Shown here piece after piece: positions 50,060 to 62,763 of a stretch of 64,000 nucleotides of DNA. Both the position numbers and the translations under genes were made by a program. This stretch comes from Oikopleura dioica (taxonomy: Eukaryota; Animalia; Chordata). The first letter of the stretch is position 1; the number at the start of each line of letters is the position of its first letter. Where the stretch lies: contig OU015566.1 in NCBI GenBank assembly GCA_907165135.1, forward strand, positions 12,214,001 to 12,278,000, written 5' to 3'. The notes beneath the pieces are model-generated. The model saw only the letters and a program-made list of their open reading frames with translations. It was not told where the DNA came from and did not search any database.

Positions 50060-53000
50060 ATGTTACATACATCAGAAGCTTACGGACTGGATCAAAGGTA
50101 TTTCGAAGAGAGAATTCAAAATTTATCAGAAAATTTCTTCAGTCGACCGAGTAGAAGTCGTGATCCGCACTGGGCAACCCTCAAGTCGCAATTTTCGAAC
50201 TCGGAGTCCGAAATCAAAACTAAAAAGACCCAAGTGACGACAACGCGCAGAAGAGCTCACTCGCTAAATGGCTCTGAAAACAGGTAACAATAAACAGGCA
50301 TTTGAAATGTCTCATAAATAACTCTGGAATGCTGCTTACTAAATATGGCCACGCAATCGACCATCGAAACAATATTTTCGCGAAACGTCATACGCTGGGG
50401 CGAGAGTGCATTAGTTAATTAAAACACTTTAAAATAAAATTTACCGAGGCTGTAAACGGGCCCGATTTCCACGCCAATACTCATAAAAATGTCGCCAACT
50501 GTCTGCTAAATGGTAAATCAAAAGCGCCTTCTGTAGAAACCTGCCCAATATTTTTTTGATAATTTCTCTTAACAGAATGATCTGTATAAAGATTTTTGTG
50601 GTCTTTTCGAAAAAGTAATAAGAGTCAAAAACACTGGCTACGGGACCACCCGTAGATTTTCTTTCGAAAAAAGATATACTGTCATAAATCTGTAGCTTTA
50701 TTCAAAGGCAATCATCAGAATAATGTTTTCTTTAGATAGTTTTCTTTCAAATGTCAGTTGATCTGACCGCTCAGATTTGACCTTAACATTGGAACTAAGT
50801 CTAAGAAACTTGGGATCGAAAATGAAATTAAGAATAGTAATATAACTTTGATTTAAGTGCTGGTCACGTAATGAATCTCCTGCTCGTTTAGAATGTAATT
50901 TTACGAGTCGATATCATAAATTACTTTTACGCTTCATGACATGTAGATTTATGCACCATCTTTTCTTTCGAATTTCAACCAGAAAAAGAACGATGTTCCG
51001 TCGATGAGAAGGAGAAAGTTTAAAAAGACTAAACTTATACGCAAGGTGCGAAAGAGTGTCGTAAACTGCCGTCGCAACATTCCAGTCGTGTGTTAATTTT
51101 ATAGCGCTGATGACCGGCTTTACTTGCGCCACTTTATGCCGCCCAATTCTCACAAGGCGACTTTACCACTTACGTTATTTGGGCTTAGATTATATTGATC
51201 AATCCATTATCCTCAGCGTCAATTATTCTAACGCACTACGCTGTATGCATATTCTTGACAAATTATCGTATCTGCCTGACGCATTTTTCTTCAATTACAT
51301 AATCAACTCTATTCGGATCAAATTCTGTTTCAGCGACGACCTGAATGAAATCCGAAATAGCCGATCTGGAGTTTCATTTTCCAACGACCGGGATCCTTTA
51401 CCAGAGGTAAAAAAAAAACATAATTGAAATCAAGGAAGAGAACCTAAATCATCATTTCAGGCCTGGCCGGAGGTAGCCACGAGCCGAGAAGTAGTCACCG
51501 AAAACTCACTTGCGCAGGGTGAGGATGGAATCCCTCTTCTTGCTGAAGCCGAGTATCGACGAGTCAATGACTCTAGAAACCAGCGATTGATTCTCAGCTC
51601 GACATGCATCTCGCCGACCGCGAATGGTCAAGTGCAGGGCAAGCTGAAGGGCTGCATCGATTACAATGACATCATTGCTATCAGGTATGACAACGAGAAA
51701 GACTATATATTCAACCGTTGCTCTAGAATCGGTTCGACAGCCATTTGCGAGCGTCCAGTCCTCCAGCTGTACTTGCAAGAACCTTCTCCGTGCTCACCAC
51801 AGCTCTATCATACAAAGGTGTGAAAATGATAGCTTAAATCGCTCAGCAAAAGAGTGCTAATCGCCTAGCGACTCTTCATCTCTATCGCTTCCTTGCTCCC
51901 AACAGTGTCCTGCTGCGCTCCCTCAGAATTGTGACGTCAATCGCTAATTCAAATCGCGGCGGGGCAGCCCTTTTCTTGGCGAGTTTTTTGTTCGTTCAAG
52001 GGGCGCTTTTCTCAGAGGACAATTGAGTTCCTGCACCTGATGGTCAATGTAGAATTGTACAGTAATGATCATGAGATTTATAATTAAAAACAGAACCAAC
52101 ATTGAACATTCTCGCAAAAGTTCATGACATAATTTCAGACGGATGAGGGAGTCTGCAGATCGTATCGACAACACTACGAGTTCAAAAGCTATATTTTCAT
52201 GTTCTCGCATACCCCCGAAAGGGACCACTGCAAGAATACGATACGATGGCGCTGCCACTTGCGTCGCACCTTTCGCCTCATGATGGATCCCGAGTGCAGT
52301 CCCGACAACTTTGAAATCTACCTCAAACGCATTATTAACTCCCACAAAAATTACAATATTCGCCCAGTCTCAGGTATTCAATATTCACCCGAAAAGACTT
52401 TTAAGCCCTTTTTAGCGAACGACAGCATTCAAGAAATCCTCAGCAAAGTCTTACGGCGCGCGTCGGCTGAAGTAATCCAAAAGCTCTGCTCGTCCTCGTC
52501 CCTCATCAAAAGTCTGGAAGACGTACTCGCTTATCACATGTCGCCGGAGCTCTGTCACCTGCTCGAGTTGCACTGCGCCTCGACGTCAAAAACGCGCGGC
52601 AGCGAGCGCGTCATCCTCAACGCTGTGTACAAAGGCTTGCATCATTACAACTTGCACCAAATCGGTGCCAAATGGGATGAAGAACTCACCCAGAAAAGCG
52701 ATCAAATTCGAGCAGCTGTGATCCGCCTCTGTCTTGTTTACCTCAATTTGGTTACTGCGGGAAAGTCGAGTCTTGTTTCAAAGCAAGATTTGACGATCAA
52801 AACTCCCTCGCCCGCGAAACCGTCTGGTTCAGAATCTCCTGTAAAGATGAACCACTCGATGAACATTCGCGAATTCATCTCCTCTGTACATGGAGGAACC
52901 GCTTGTCCTCATTTAATGACACCGAACAATCTCTTCATTATCGCTCGGGTTGCCATCAGCCAGGTAAATCCAACCCTACATGTTCTCTTGTTCGAATCGA

Positions 53001-54751
53001 GTTCTAGTGTTTCAACAGCTCGAACGAACAAACCACCACCACATGCTTAGTCTGCCCTTCTCACTGCCACTTTTCTAAACGAATGCACTGGGCCAAGCTC
53101 GGAATGGACATACTGTACTATGCTACTGACTACGATGTAATTATCTCCTTTGAGTTTTCGAAATTACTGGTTTTCTAGGACTGGAAGTGTCAAATTAGCG
53201 AACTTGTAATTAAATTTCAATATTTAACGCCCGCTCCTGAGTCCTGTAAGTAATCAGTATTTTGATCTTTATTGATAATCATTCAGGCCGTTCTTTTGGA
53301 AAGATGCTCCGTCGCCTCTTACTGAAAATAATTAGTTTTACCGTTTCTTCAAATGATATCAGGTGCGCTCATTTTTTATTCTAAAAATTTACCTTTTTAT
53401 TTTAGTACTTGGCTGCTCAAAGTTTTTACAAGCGTGACAGAATCAACAGTTCCAAAGAAAATCTTCATGTCAACGCTGACAAAACCGACAGAATCTTCGC
53501 CCCAAACGATGTTCACAAACGAAGATCGTCTAGAATTATGGAAAGCTGTGCTTAGCAAGATAGAATTCACGGATATTCATAAGGAAGTCATTGTGCTAAA
53601 GTCGATTAGTAAAAGGTAATAATGTCTTTTTATCAAAAGAATACTGACCTTATAATTTCCTGCGCGTGAAGTTTAAGAGTCGCCAATTTCCGTCTAAATT
53701 TAGCCAGTGACGCCCTAAAATAGCAGCTTTTCCTCCTTTCTCACGATTACTTTCTACTGTTGCTCTTAACTGTTGTTTAGTTATTTCTCGAATCTGTTGG
53801 AGTTTTCGCAACGATCGGATGAACTGGTGCGACCTTCTGTCTATCTGATGCTTCGGATCCTTGAGCACAATATTCTGCACATAGATGAGCAGCGAAATGC
53901 AATCAACAAAGTCAAACTTTCGGACTACGGCCGGAAAGAATACGAGAAAATCGTCTCGCGGAATATTTGGTATCCAGCGCCGGGAAAACCCGGTGGTAGG
54001 GTAAGTTGCCATACAATGTCTTATTCTAAATTGCCCAAATTATATTATAAAAAACGGTTATTCTCATTTATTGCCTTGTAATAAAATGAAATTTAAGGTT
54101 TTTCATCAGTGTAGTAATATATAAATTACGGTCTAAGAGTTTCGTATTCTTCGATTAAATTTGATCATTTTTCTACTTTATAATGCTCAATTATTTCCTC
54201 GGCGACATACAATTTGTCTAACCCAACAATTATAGACCCGTTTGAGTTTCCAGCGCGGAGCAACAAACGAAGACGTAGAACGCGAAATAGCGAAAAACCG
54301 CGGAGGAGACGTCCTTGAAGTTGACCTTGCTGAGACGAAAATCAACGACGAGATTGCGAACTCGCTGTCTAAAATGCCAAAGCTCAGGAAGATTGATCTT
54401 TCGCAAACGGTAAGAAATCAACGCTGACATTGCTGAATCTCATCACAAATTTCAGAGCATAAGCGATTCGACTCTGAAAGTTCTTTCGAGTGGAAAGTAC
54501 AAAAGCCAAATAACAGAATTGTACCTGTCGGAATGCGAAAACCTGTCGCCCGATGGAATGTCATACCTCACATCTCTTACTAGCTTATCAAAATTGATTC
54601 TTACGGGGACAAAGTTAACTGCTGAAGTTTGCTTGGTAAGATTCCAAATTCCTTTTATTAGATTCTTATTCTGATTTTGTAGAGCTTGAAGAAACTCCCC
54701 TCCATGCGAGAATTCGATTATCGCTACACCGCCGCTGAATTCATGCAGTAA
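50060..54751 (+). CDS. CMIP: c-Maf-inducing protein homologue (PH domain ... C-terminal LRRs); probable 5' UTR exon ending at about 47799
   Basis: PELCHLLELHC, IREFISSVHGGTACPH, TDYD|DWK, ILEHNIL..SDYGRKEYEKI, GG.PVLSFQRGATNEDV, LRRs, C-terminal LPSMREFDYRYT. All parallel remembered CMIP motifs (KKFIQSMHGPTGHCPH, SDYDDWR, LPNLKEVDVRYT). Confidence 0.88.
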
Positions 54752-55439
54752 ATACAAAAATCCAAAGACACACAGTATAAAGATTCAACCCTTCGCTCTT
54801 CTCCTTGTTCTATAAATTATTTTCTTTGCCCCCTTTTTCATTCTGTAGCCAAACTCGTTCACAAACAAACCAACCAAAAAAATGAAACGTTGTTACTGTA
54901 ATTTTCATTGATACTGTAACTCGACGAGAAAATTCCTTCCCAGTGCAGTCAATAAAGATACTGTCAGCCAGTTGCAGTAATTTCTTCTTTATGGTAAGAC
55001 GGGGGTGGCGGGAAGAAGAAAAAGAAGCTGCACGTTCTCGTAAACACGGCCACGTCAAATTTGACGTGCAAGTATTCGCACCTAGCGCACGGTTGAGCCC
55101 CCGTTCTGAGTGAAAAGTACTTGTGGGTTGACAGTTCGACCCTTTCGGTCGCTAATTTTCATCATCAGCCTGGTTACTGTAACTTTGTTAGACACTGTCT
55201 AAATTCGAAACAAACGTTCAATTGCAGAGAAATTACACAGCTTGTCAGACGAACTTCGTCTAGTTGAATATCTACCGTAACTCACTGATAATGACATATT
55301 GTGAAATGAAATATAAATACGAACTTTTCAATAATCGAACATCAATTTGGTACAAACTCGTAGTTCAAAAAATAATGTGTTTATTATCAGTAAATGAGGC
55401 AGGTGATAAATGGGCAGTAGAAAACTCGCTATAATTTTC

Positions 55440-58174
55440 CTATTTGCGCATTTCGACGATGATTTTCTCCATGAGTTGCTTCGCCATCGTCGCAATCGCC
55501 TTCTTACGCTCGCCCGCTGCGACATTCTGCTCGGAGTCCTTGATGACTTGTTTCGCATTTTTACGCAGATCTTTTCGAGCTTTCTTCATTTGCTCAAAGT
55601 GCTTTCGGCAATTCTCATCGACTTGGTTCTTCACGGACTCGATTTCTTTGATGCTTTCCTCCACGCGCGGCATGAATTGAGAAATGCTTGCGAATTTCTA
55701 AAGAAAAATAATTTGTTATTTTCATTGAATTAAGTCAATCCTACCTCTCGCAACTTCCCCATCATCTCCTGCTGCTCCTTGGTGACTGTTTCAGACACAT
55801 TTGGTCGCTGCTTCTGCATGAGGGGGGTCGAGCTCGAAAGAGCCTTGGCTGTTTTCGATTTTTTCCGAGGAGGCGCCATGTTCAAGTCAGTTGGGCTACT
55901 GTTGAACTCGACTGGCATATCCGGAGTCAACTCTCTTGAGCCTTTTGAATTTTGACTTGAGGTCGCTTCTTCGTTCATGATCGCACTTTTGACGGAAGGA
56001 CCTGGAGTTGTTTCGTCTGCGTCGGAACTCTCGTCGGTGTCGATGGTAGGCTCTGCGAAAGTTGTCAGCTTTGGAGGAGGGTCCTTATCAGAAGAAATAT
56101 TATCGAGTCGGCAGAAATAAAATACCTTTACTTTTGGCTTCGATCGCACCGCTTCGATTGGAGTGATTGGAAGGTGCATCTCCTGCTTGACTTTTTTCGC
56201 CGACATCATGATTCCCGGTGTTCCAGCGGCAATCGTCATGTTGGGAAGATCCTCTTCTCCCGACGAAGCACCCTCTTTAGGACTGAAATTGTTATAAGAA
56301 AAGACCGAGTTGAAATGAAGCATACTTTTTAGATTTCTTCTCGTTCTTCGGCGTCTGCTTCAATTTGAACTGCGTCTCGAGACCTCTGGTGAGTGGAGCC
56401 AGTGTAGAATGCGAGTCAGTCGGCTTCATCTTGTGCGAGTTGGTTGGTGTTTTTAGGTTATAAGCACTTTCGCGATTGAGCGGAACGACTTCGCTGCGGT
56501 AAAACGACGAAGGGACGAGAGATCGACACTCGATGTTTTGCTGGCTCAAGGGCTGACTAAGATCGACAGACATCTGAGATACTCCTTCTGGATCGAGCAA
56601 TTCCAAGTCGACGACGGATTTCAACTCTATAATCTCTATTTTAACAAAGGCATTGGGACAGATAGATACCTTTCATTTCACAGGCAGGAACTGGACTGAC
56701 AGCTGTAGTCGGGATAGAGGAACTTCGATTCGTCGAGGTGATAGTTGAAGGTGCACGTCGGCCTTTTTTCTGTACAGTGAAGAAAAACGGCCCTTCTCTT
56801 CTGATCACATCTTCAGTATCAACCCCATGGAAAGTGGAGTTTCTATTGAAGTAAATTGTCACTTGTTGGTCACTCAAGTCTATGCTTTCGGTGTCCAATT
56901 GGATGATAAACTTGAAACAAAGTTCAATTGAAACCGATGAAATTCAAGCTTACATATTTCTCAGTTGTTTTAGTAGCTGTTTTCTTCGTCTCATACTTGT
57001 AGATGGGAATGTAGTCGAACTCATCCGAGCCTTCGATGATGATCATCATCATCGCAAACTTTCGTTGAAACGACAGATACGCTTTTGGAAACTCTTTGTC
57101 TCCGATCATGAGTTTTCCAATTCGATCAAAAGAGCTGAGCATTTTGAATTTCCGACAAAGCTCCACAAGACTAGGTTTAGTCTCCATATAATTCGCGAAT
57201 TCTTTGAAGTTCCCGAAGATTTCCTTTTATTCTTTCCATGTGCATCTAAATCAAACATCTAAATCTGAAATTTTCGAACAGTAACTTACATAGCAGCATA
57301 AGCAATTTGAAGCCAGTGATTTGAACGGGCGCTGGTTGCTCTTGAGAAAGAATCATGTCGACAATTTTCTTTGCCATCGATCTTTCTGGCAAGTATTCGT
57401 CGCTCATTTGGAACAGCATCGTTAGTTTGATGAACTCCACATGTTTTGATGGCAGGTTCAGCTCGTTTTGGGTAACTTAAATTTAATTTAATCAAATTTG
57501 CTGGTTAGTTTTTATTTTTGAAGCATAAGCTTACAGAATTTGTCGAAAAGAGTGGACATCGCCCGGAAGAGTTCCATACGGATGTTGTCTTTTCTTTCAT
57601 GTCGCCAGAGATCAAAAACTCGTGCAAAAAGATGCTGTGTGTTCACATAATCGTACTCTGATTGTGACTCCGCGTATTTCTCCATGCCACTATAAATGAA
57701 ATAAAACACGTTATAGGCAAAATTTTCGTACCAGGTGAGCTCTCTGACAAAGTGGAAGAGCCAGACTGATTGAAATTCGGTTTTATCAGGTCGCTCCTCG
57801 AGGAATCGTTTGACGATTCCAACAACCATGTTTGGGCCATCGTGTTCCTCGTAGAAGACGTTCTCGTCGGTAATGATATCCGCGAATAACAAGAATTCGT
57901 CCTCGCTCTAAAGGGAGATCAACAAAGAGTACGCAAGTTTTGAAAAGTTGTTTTCTTCACTTACCCAGCCTTTACCTAGCCGTCCTTTCATCGCAACTTC
58001 GCCCAAGGACTTCATATTTATCCCCTCCTCATGATTGAGAACTTCTATTATTGATGGACCGAATCCACTTTGTGTCGCTGGCGGTGAAAATTCAAATCCA
58101 TTTGGTTGAGAATCCATCTCTATTCTCGATTTCTCTGAAATGATTGACGGCCCGCCTCGCGTTTGCGAATACAT
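55440..58174 (-). CDS. Multi-exon protein with helical domain, beta-rich domain, S/T-rich disorder and C-terminal coiled coil; candidate SYCP2/Red1-like meiotic axis protein
   Basis: Consecutive minus-strand ORFs joined by short introns, from ATG 58174 to stop 55440. Confidence refers to the gene; the family call is speculative. Confidence 0.75.
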
Positions 58175-58380
58175 TTTGATTCTAGAGAAAATTACGACTT
58201 CTGCGGGGCTTCATTGAGGCTCTGGAGAAAAAATGAGAAAGTCTCGAATCAACTCTGATTCCTTGTTGGAAAATTTCGAAGTCGATTGACGGAAAGTTTT
58301 GTCTTTATCAAATCTAGGCGAAAAAACTGACGGGATAAAAGTAAAGTTACAAGTTTAATCAACTTTAATGTCGTTTATTT

Positions 58381-59197
58381 TCAGTGGGCGCTCCACATTT
58401 GTTTTCGAATAAAGTCATTATAAAAGTGCTGCTGAAGACATCCGATTTCCGCTGCTGAGTACTTGTTGTCATGATCATCGTCTGCCTGAAAACATCACTC
58501 ATATACATTTCTTGCAACAGTAACTTACAGTAAATAGGATATCCATAGCTGTTGAGTAATCTGTGTCGTTGAAAAAATGACCTGAATAATGCCATGAAAA
58601 AAGTGACTTCTAAAATACCGTCTTACGGTAAGACTCTTACCAACTAGCCCTAGAATCTTATAAATAGCAAACTCGTTCAGTTTCTCATCGTCGAGATGTC
58701 CTTTTCCGAGAGTCGATACCATCGTCTTTCCAAATGCAAGATCCCACATTGCTCCGGCTAATGCCCACTCGGCCAGTTGCAGCTTCCCATCGTTATCTGT
58801 ATCGCCAATTTCCATACGATTGAGTTTCATCGCCATCGGTCGATTTAAAGCTAGAACTGTTCTTTTTCTTGTGAAAATGGCCCCTTTTACCTTTTAAAAA
58901 ATGCTCCTCGCAGCTGATCAGTTCTTCCATAATTACCATGCCATCATGGTTATCGTCACAGTACACGAAACTTTCAGTAAAGAGCATTTCATCCGCCAAA
59001 ATTTTCAATATCTCTGGATTCTCCGCCTAGAAAAAAGCCTATCTTTCTGGGAGACTACTTTCATTTATTACTGGTTTAGCTCTGTAAATTGCGATCAAGT
59101 TCTTCTCCATCTCTACACCAAATTCGGCCATAGAAGTAATCAACCCCGGCCGAGCAAAAATCAACGCGAATAAAAATAAAAACAAAACCGAGAACAT
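58381..59197 (-). CDS. Secreted EF-hand protein
   Basis: Signal peptide MFSVLFLFLFALIFA. EF loops DDNHDGMVIMEE, DTDNDGKLQLAE and DDDHDNKYSAAE. Confidence 0.8.
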
Positions 59198-59407
59198 TTT
59201 CAAAGAGGAATGGATGGGATAAAACCGAAGTAACAGGGTATAAATGGGGGGCGTCAAAGTTCTCGGTAGGGCGTCAAATTGGAGGAAACGCGGTCAGATT
59301 TATTCAAATAATTATTTCCGCGAAGAACTTTATCGCTTTTGTTTCATATCCTCGGTGGGTGTTGAAGTTCAATTTATTAAAAAATTCATATTTGCTCGCA
59401 TTAAGTT

Positions 59408-60484
59408 TCAGCCCTTCGACTGTTTCTTCAACTTTTTGAGTTCTTTCTTTGACAGCTTCTTCTTCGTTGTTGTCTCAGGAACTAGAATTTTTAAATGAAT
59501 ATCGACCGATATGGACATTTTTTACCAGTTGTTGTGGAAGTGGAAGTCCAAGCGGTTGTGTTGAGAATCGTAGTCGTTGTCAACTCTTCTGTTGTTGTTG
59601 GCGCTTCAGTAGTTGTTGTTGTCGTCGTTGTGGTTGTGGTGGTGGTGGTGGTTGTCGTCATAACAGGTGTCATTGTTGTTTTTGGAATAGAGAACTTTTC
59701 CTTTTTGGGAGTTTCGCCGAGAATCCTGTTGAGTACGTCTGGGTTGTTTTCGACTGAAAGAACAAGTAACGGATTGAATGGATAGACAAAGCCTAACCGA
59801 TTCGGGCAAAGTGGTTGGTGAATTGATGATGAAGCCGAGTGGACACTTCCTAAAGATTTGACATTTATTTCTCTTGATTTTGATATCGGTTCAAACCTTG
59901 AGTCTTCTCGACTTCTTGCAGTCCAACAAATAGCTGTTGTGCAATCGCACGAGAACTCGATAAAACTTGTCGATTTTATCCGCGTCGCTTTCGGGCAACT
60001 TCCGGATGTCAGCATCGATCTCATTGACCTCAGCTCGGGAAGCTTCTTTTCGACAGCCGTTGTTGTCCAAAGCATCTTGGTAACGAAGGTCTACTCGTTT
60101 AATTGCTCGGTCCAGCTTGGCTTTCTTTTTGTAATCTGGAGCCACGTCTCGGAGCCAATCCCGCATTTGTCCAGTTACCTACAAAGTCGCTTGAGTTATA
60201 ATGGCAGTTGTAGTTGTCTCTACTTTTAGAACTTTTCCAAAGGGAGATTTCGCTCTTTCTTCGATGCCGAGCGCATCATAAGGGAGAAAATTATCGAGAT
60301 AGCCTCCTCGCTCTTTCTCTGGACTTTTTAGGAATTAGAAAATATTGTCTTATTATTTTAAATAAAATATTTTTCATAATTTTCGTAAATTTCTTATTCC
60401 ATTCATATCATCATCAAAAGTCACGGCAGGATCACCCTCTTGTGCCAGGCTCAAACTGGCGAGAAAAAACACTGATAATTTCAT
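59408..60484 (-). CDS. Secreted protein with helical Cys domain, poly-Thr mucin-like stalk and Lys-rich tail
   Basis: Signal peptide MKLSVFFLASLSLA. Poly-Thr run at about 59610-59660. Ends KKKLSKKELKKLKKQSKG*. Confidence 0.8.
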
Positions 60485-61059
60485 TCTTCGATTTTTCTGT
60501 CTTTCAAAAAATCTCGACTACGGGAAAAGGGATGGAACGCGCCTGTTTTATAGTGACATGCGTTGAGTGCCCTCTGGATCAAGTGGATCTGTCAAAGTTG
60601 TTCGGTTGAATTGGACGAACTGGGCTAGAGTACCTGCGGAGCCTGTCAGACGTGCTCTTCCGCTAATGACTGACAAACAAAATTTTGGGAAAAGCGCAAG
60701 ATCATCTCAAAAATCAACTTTCGAAGGGTGGTATTGGCTGATTCTTCGGCAAGACCGAAGAATTGATGCTTTCACGGAAATGCTTGATTTCGTTTATTTC
60801 AAGATCACTTCCGAAAACATCATCTGATTGTAATTTTCCTTGAAAGTCCAATAAATCATCAAAGAGTTGATCGCCATCTGCAATCGACAAAGAAAAATTT
60901 TCGTGCTCCGCGAAATTGCCTGAAAGAGACAGATTTCTCGCGATTTTGATTTCGATCAGCGACGATTTCCGCCATCTGTCGATCGGGAATAAATACAGGC
61001 GTCTGACAGCGCTTCCCATTGAAAACAAATTACACATCCAAATATCCAAAAAGATAAAA

Positions 61060-61275
61060 ATGGGAAAAATCTCTCGAAAATTCATGGAAAAGGCTAGAAA
61101 GCTTCTCCCGACAAAAGAGGGCCACCAACTTTTCGAAGACGTCAGAGACGAGTCGCCAGAAAAAAGCCCAGAAACGCCAAAGAAGATGAAAATCTCCGAG
61201 AAGTCATACCAGAATCTGATCTCAGTCCTCTCTTCTGGAAGCCCTATTTCTGCCTGTACAGTTTCCTTTGCTTAG
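61060..61275 (+). CDS. Small hypothetical protein (71 aa)
   Basis: AAAATG context, MGKISRKFMEKARKLLP..SPEKSPETPKK.., AATAAA 18 nt after the stop. Confidence 0.5.
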   Translation: MGKISRKFMEKARKLLPTKEGHQLFEDVRDESPEKSPETPKKMKISEKSYQNLISVLSSGSPISACTVSFA

Positions 61276-61519
61276 AAAAAATTCTCCTGCTCAATAAATT
61301 CATCCAATTATAAAACGAAATCTCCCTTTTTCTTGCGCAAAAAGCAGAAGTCGCCATTGATCTTTGAACATTAATCTTTATTAAAGAAGATAAAGGAACG
61401 ATAAATGGCAGTTGAAATTGATAATTTCACTAAATTTTAAAAGTGTGAATGTTGAAAAGGGTCAAAATTTGAAAGAACAATTATGAATAAGTGGGAAACG
61501 AAAGAAACCGTGAATTTTC

Positions 61520-62371
61520 CTAAACAATCTCTCCAGGCTCCTGGTTTTCATCAGCGGCAACTTGCGGATCCTCGGCCTTTTGAGGCGTCGTTTCTGCTTC
61601 CATTGATGATTCGGGCGTTTTTGAATGCTTGACAGGGTTGTTGTTCTTAGACTTTTTCTGGCCCCAAGTTCTGTGTGCGTCGAGGACTTTCTTCACTTCT
61701 TCCTGGTCGACATCAGTTCTTTCGCGGAGAAAATGGATAAAGACTCCTCCTGGAAGTCGTCGCTGCTTTCGTCTCTCGCACATGACTCCACCCTATTACA
61801 ATTAGTTGAAAGAAAAATAAAAAGTGCTACTATTCAAACCTCTTTTTCAGCTTCGATAACTTTTTCCATTAATTCAATGGCAATTTTGTTGCCGCAGATG
61901 TTGATAAGAGCTCGTAGCTGGATGCTAGAAATCAAATAAAGAATAAAATCGCTAATTTTACGCTGTTAGCTTACAGTTTGTGCTCCCATAATCTGAAGCG
62001 AATCTCTTGCGTCAACTCCTCAGAAGTCATTTCTTCGCTCAAAGGGCTTTTGGATTTGAGAATTCTTGGAACTCCCATTTCGACTCTCGGAAAGCCAGTG
62101 TGCAGCTTCTTGACGATCTGGGGCTTTTGATTGTGGCGATTTCCGGGTTGTTCTTTTCCTTTGCGGCACTGATTCATTTGGTGCGGTCGGATTCGTTTGT
62201 TTCGGAAGTTCTTAGCGCTAGAAATCGTTGAATTAACGTAGGAAAGGAATAGTACTGTAATTACTTGCAAAAAGTGCCTCCTTGAGTCTCCATCGCGCCC
62301 AGTGCATCCTCAAGCTGGGCAGTGAGTTCTTGCTCCATCAGAATATCACCCCAGAGATTCGCCTTTGGCAT
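61520..62371 (-). CDS. PHAX: Phosphorylated adaptor for RNA export
   Basis: NLWGDILMEQEL. RNA-binding domain EIRFRLWEHK..ICGNKIAIELMEKVIEAEKE|GGVM..RRLPGGVFIHFLR. Confidence 0.92.
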
Positions 62372-62763
62372 ATTTTCAACACGGTCAACTCTAAAAATGC
62401 GAGTTGACTTGGATATCTTCATTACCCAAATTCCACAAAGACTGGCACAGACTCTCAAAATCTCTCGTTCAAATTTTCTGGGGGGCTTTCTCAATAAAGA
62501 GCGACGTTGGCCAATGAGCTCGCGGCGATTTTCCAATATTACTGAAATGAAGCACAAGCAAAACCGTTAAGTTACTTTTCAGAGAAGAAAATACCCATGA
62601 AAGAGATTGAAATCTAAGAAAAGTTCCATCTAGAAGAATGAAGATAAGTACCGACGTTTTCAATGTCTGATAGTCTGCATCAATTACTCAATAAACTAGA
62701 GATTATCTGAACATTCTTCAATCTGAATTTTTTATAATAAATATTCAAAATTTTGTTCTTAGA

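Noticed and set aside
55130-55172. Hammerhead ribozyme (CTGATGA...GACCGAAAGGGTCGAAC on the minus strand)
   Set aside because: An 11-nt insertion precedes stem II, GAAC replaces GAAA, and stems I and III were not found.
59600-59665. GTT/GTG microsatellite and poly-Val + strand ORF
   Set aside because: It is the poly-Thr coding tract of the minus-strand secreted protein.
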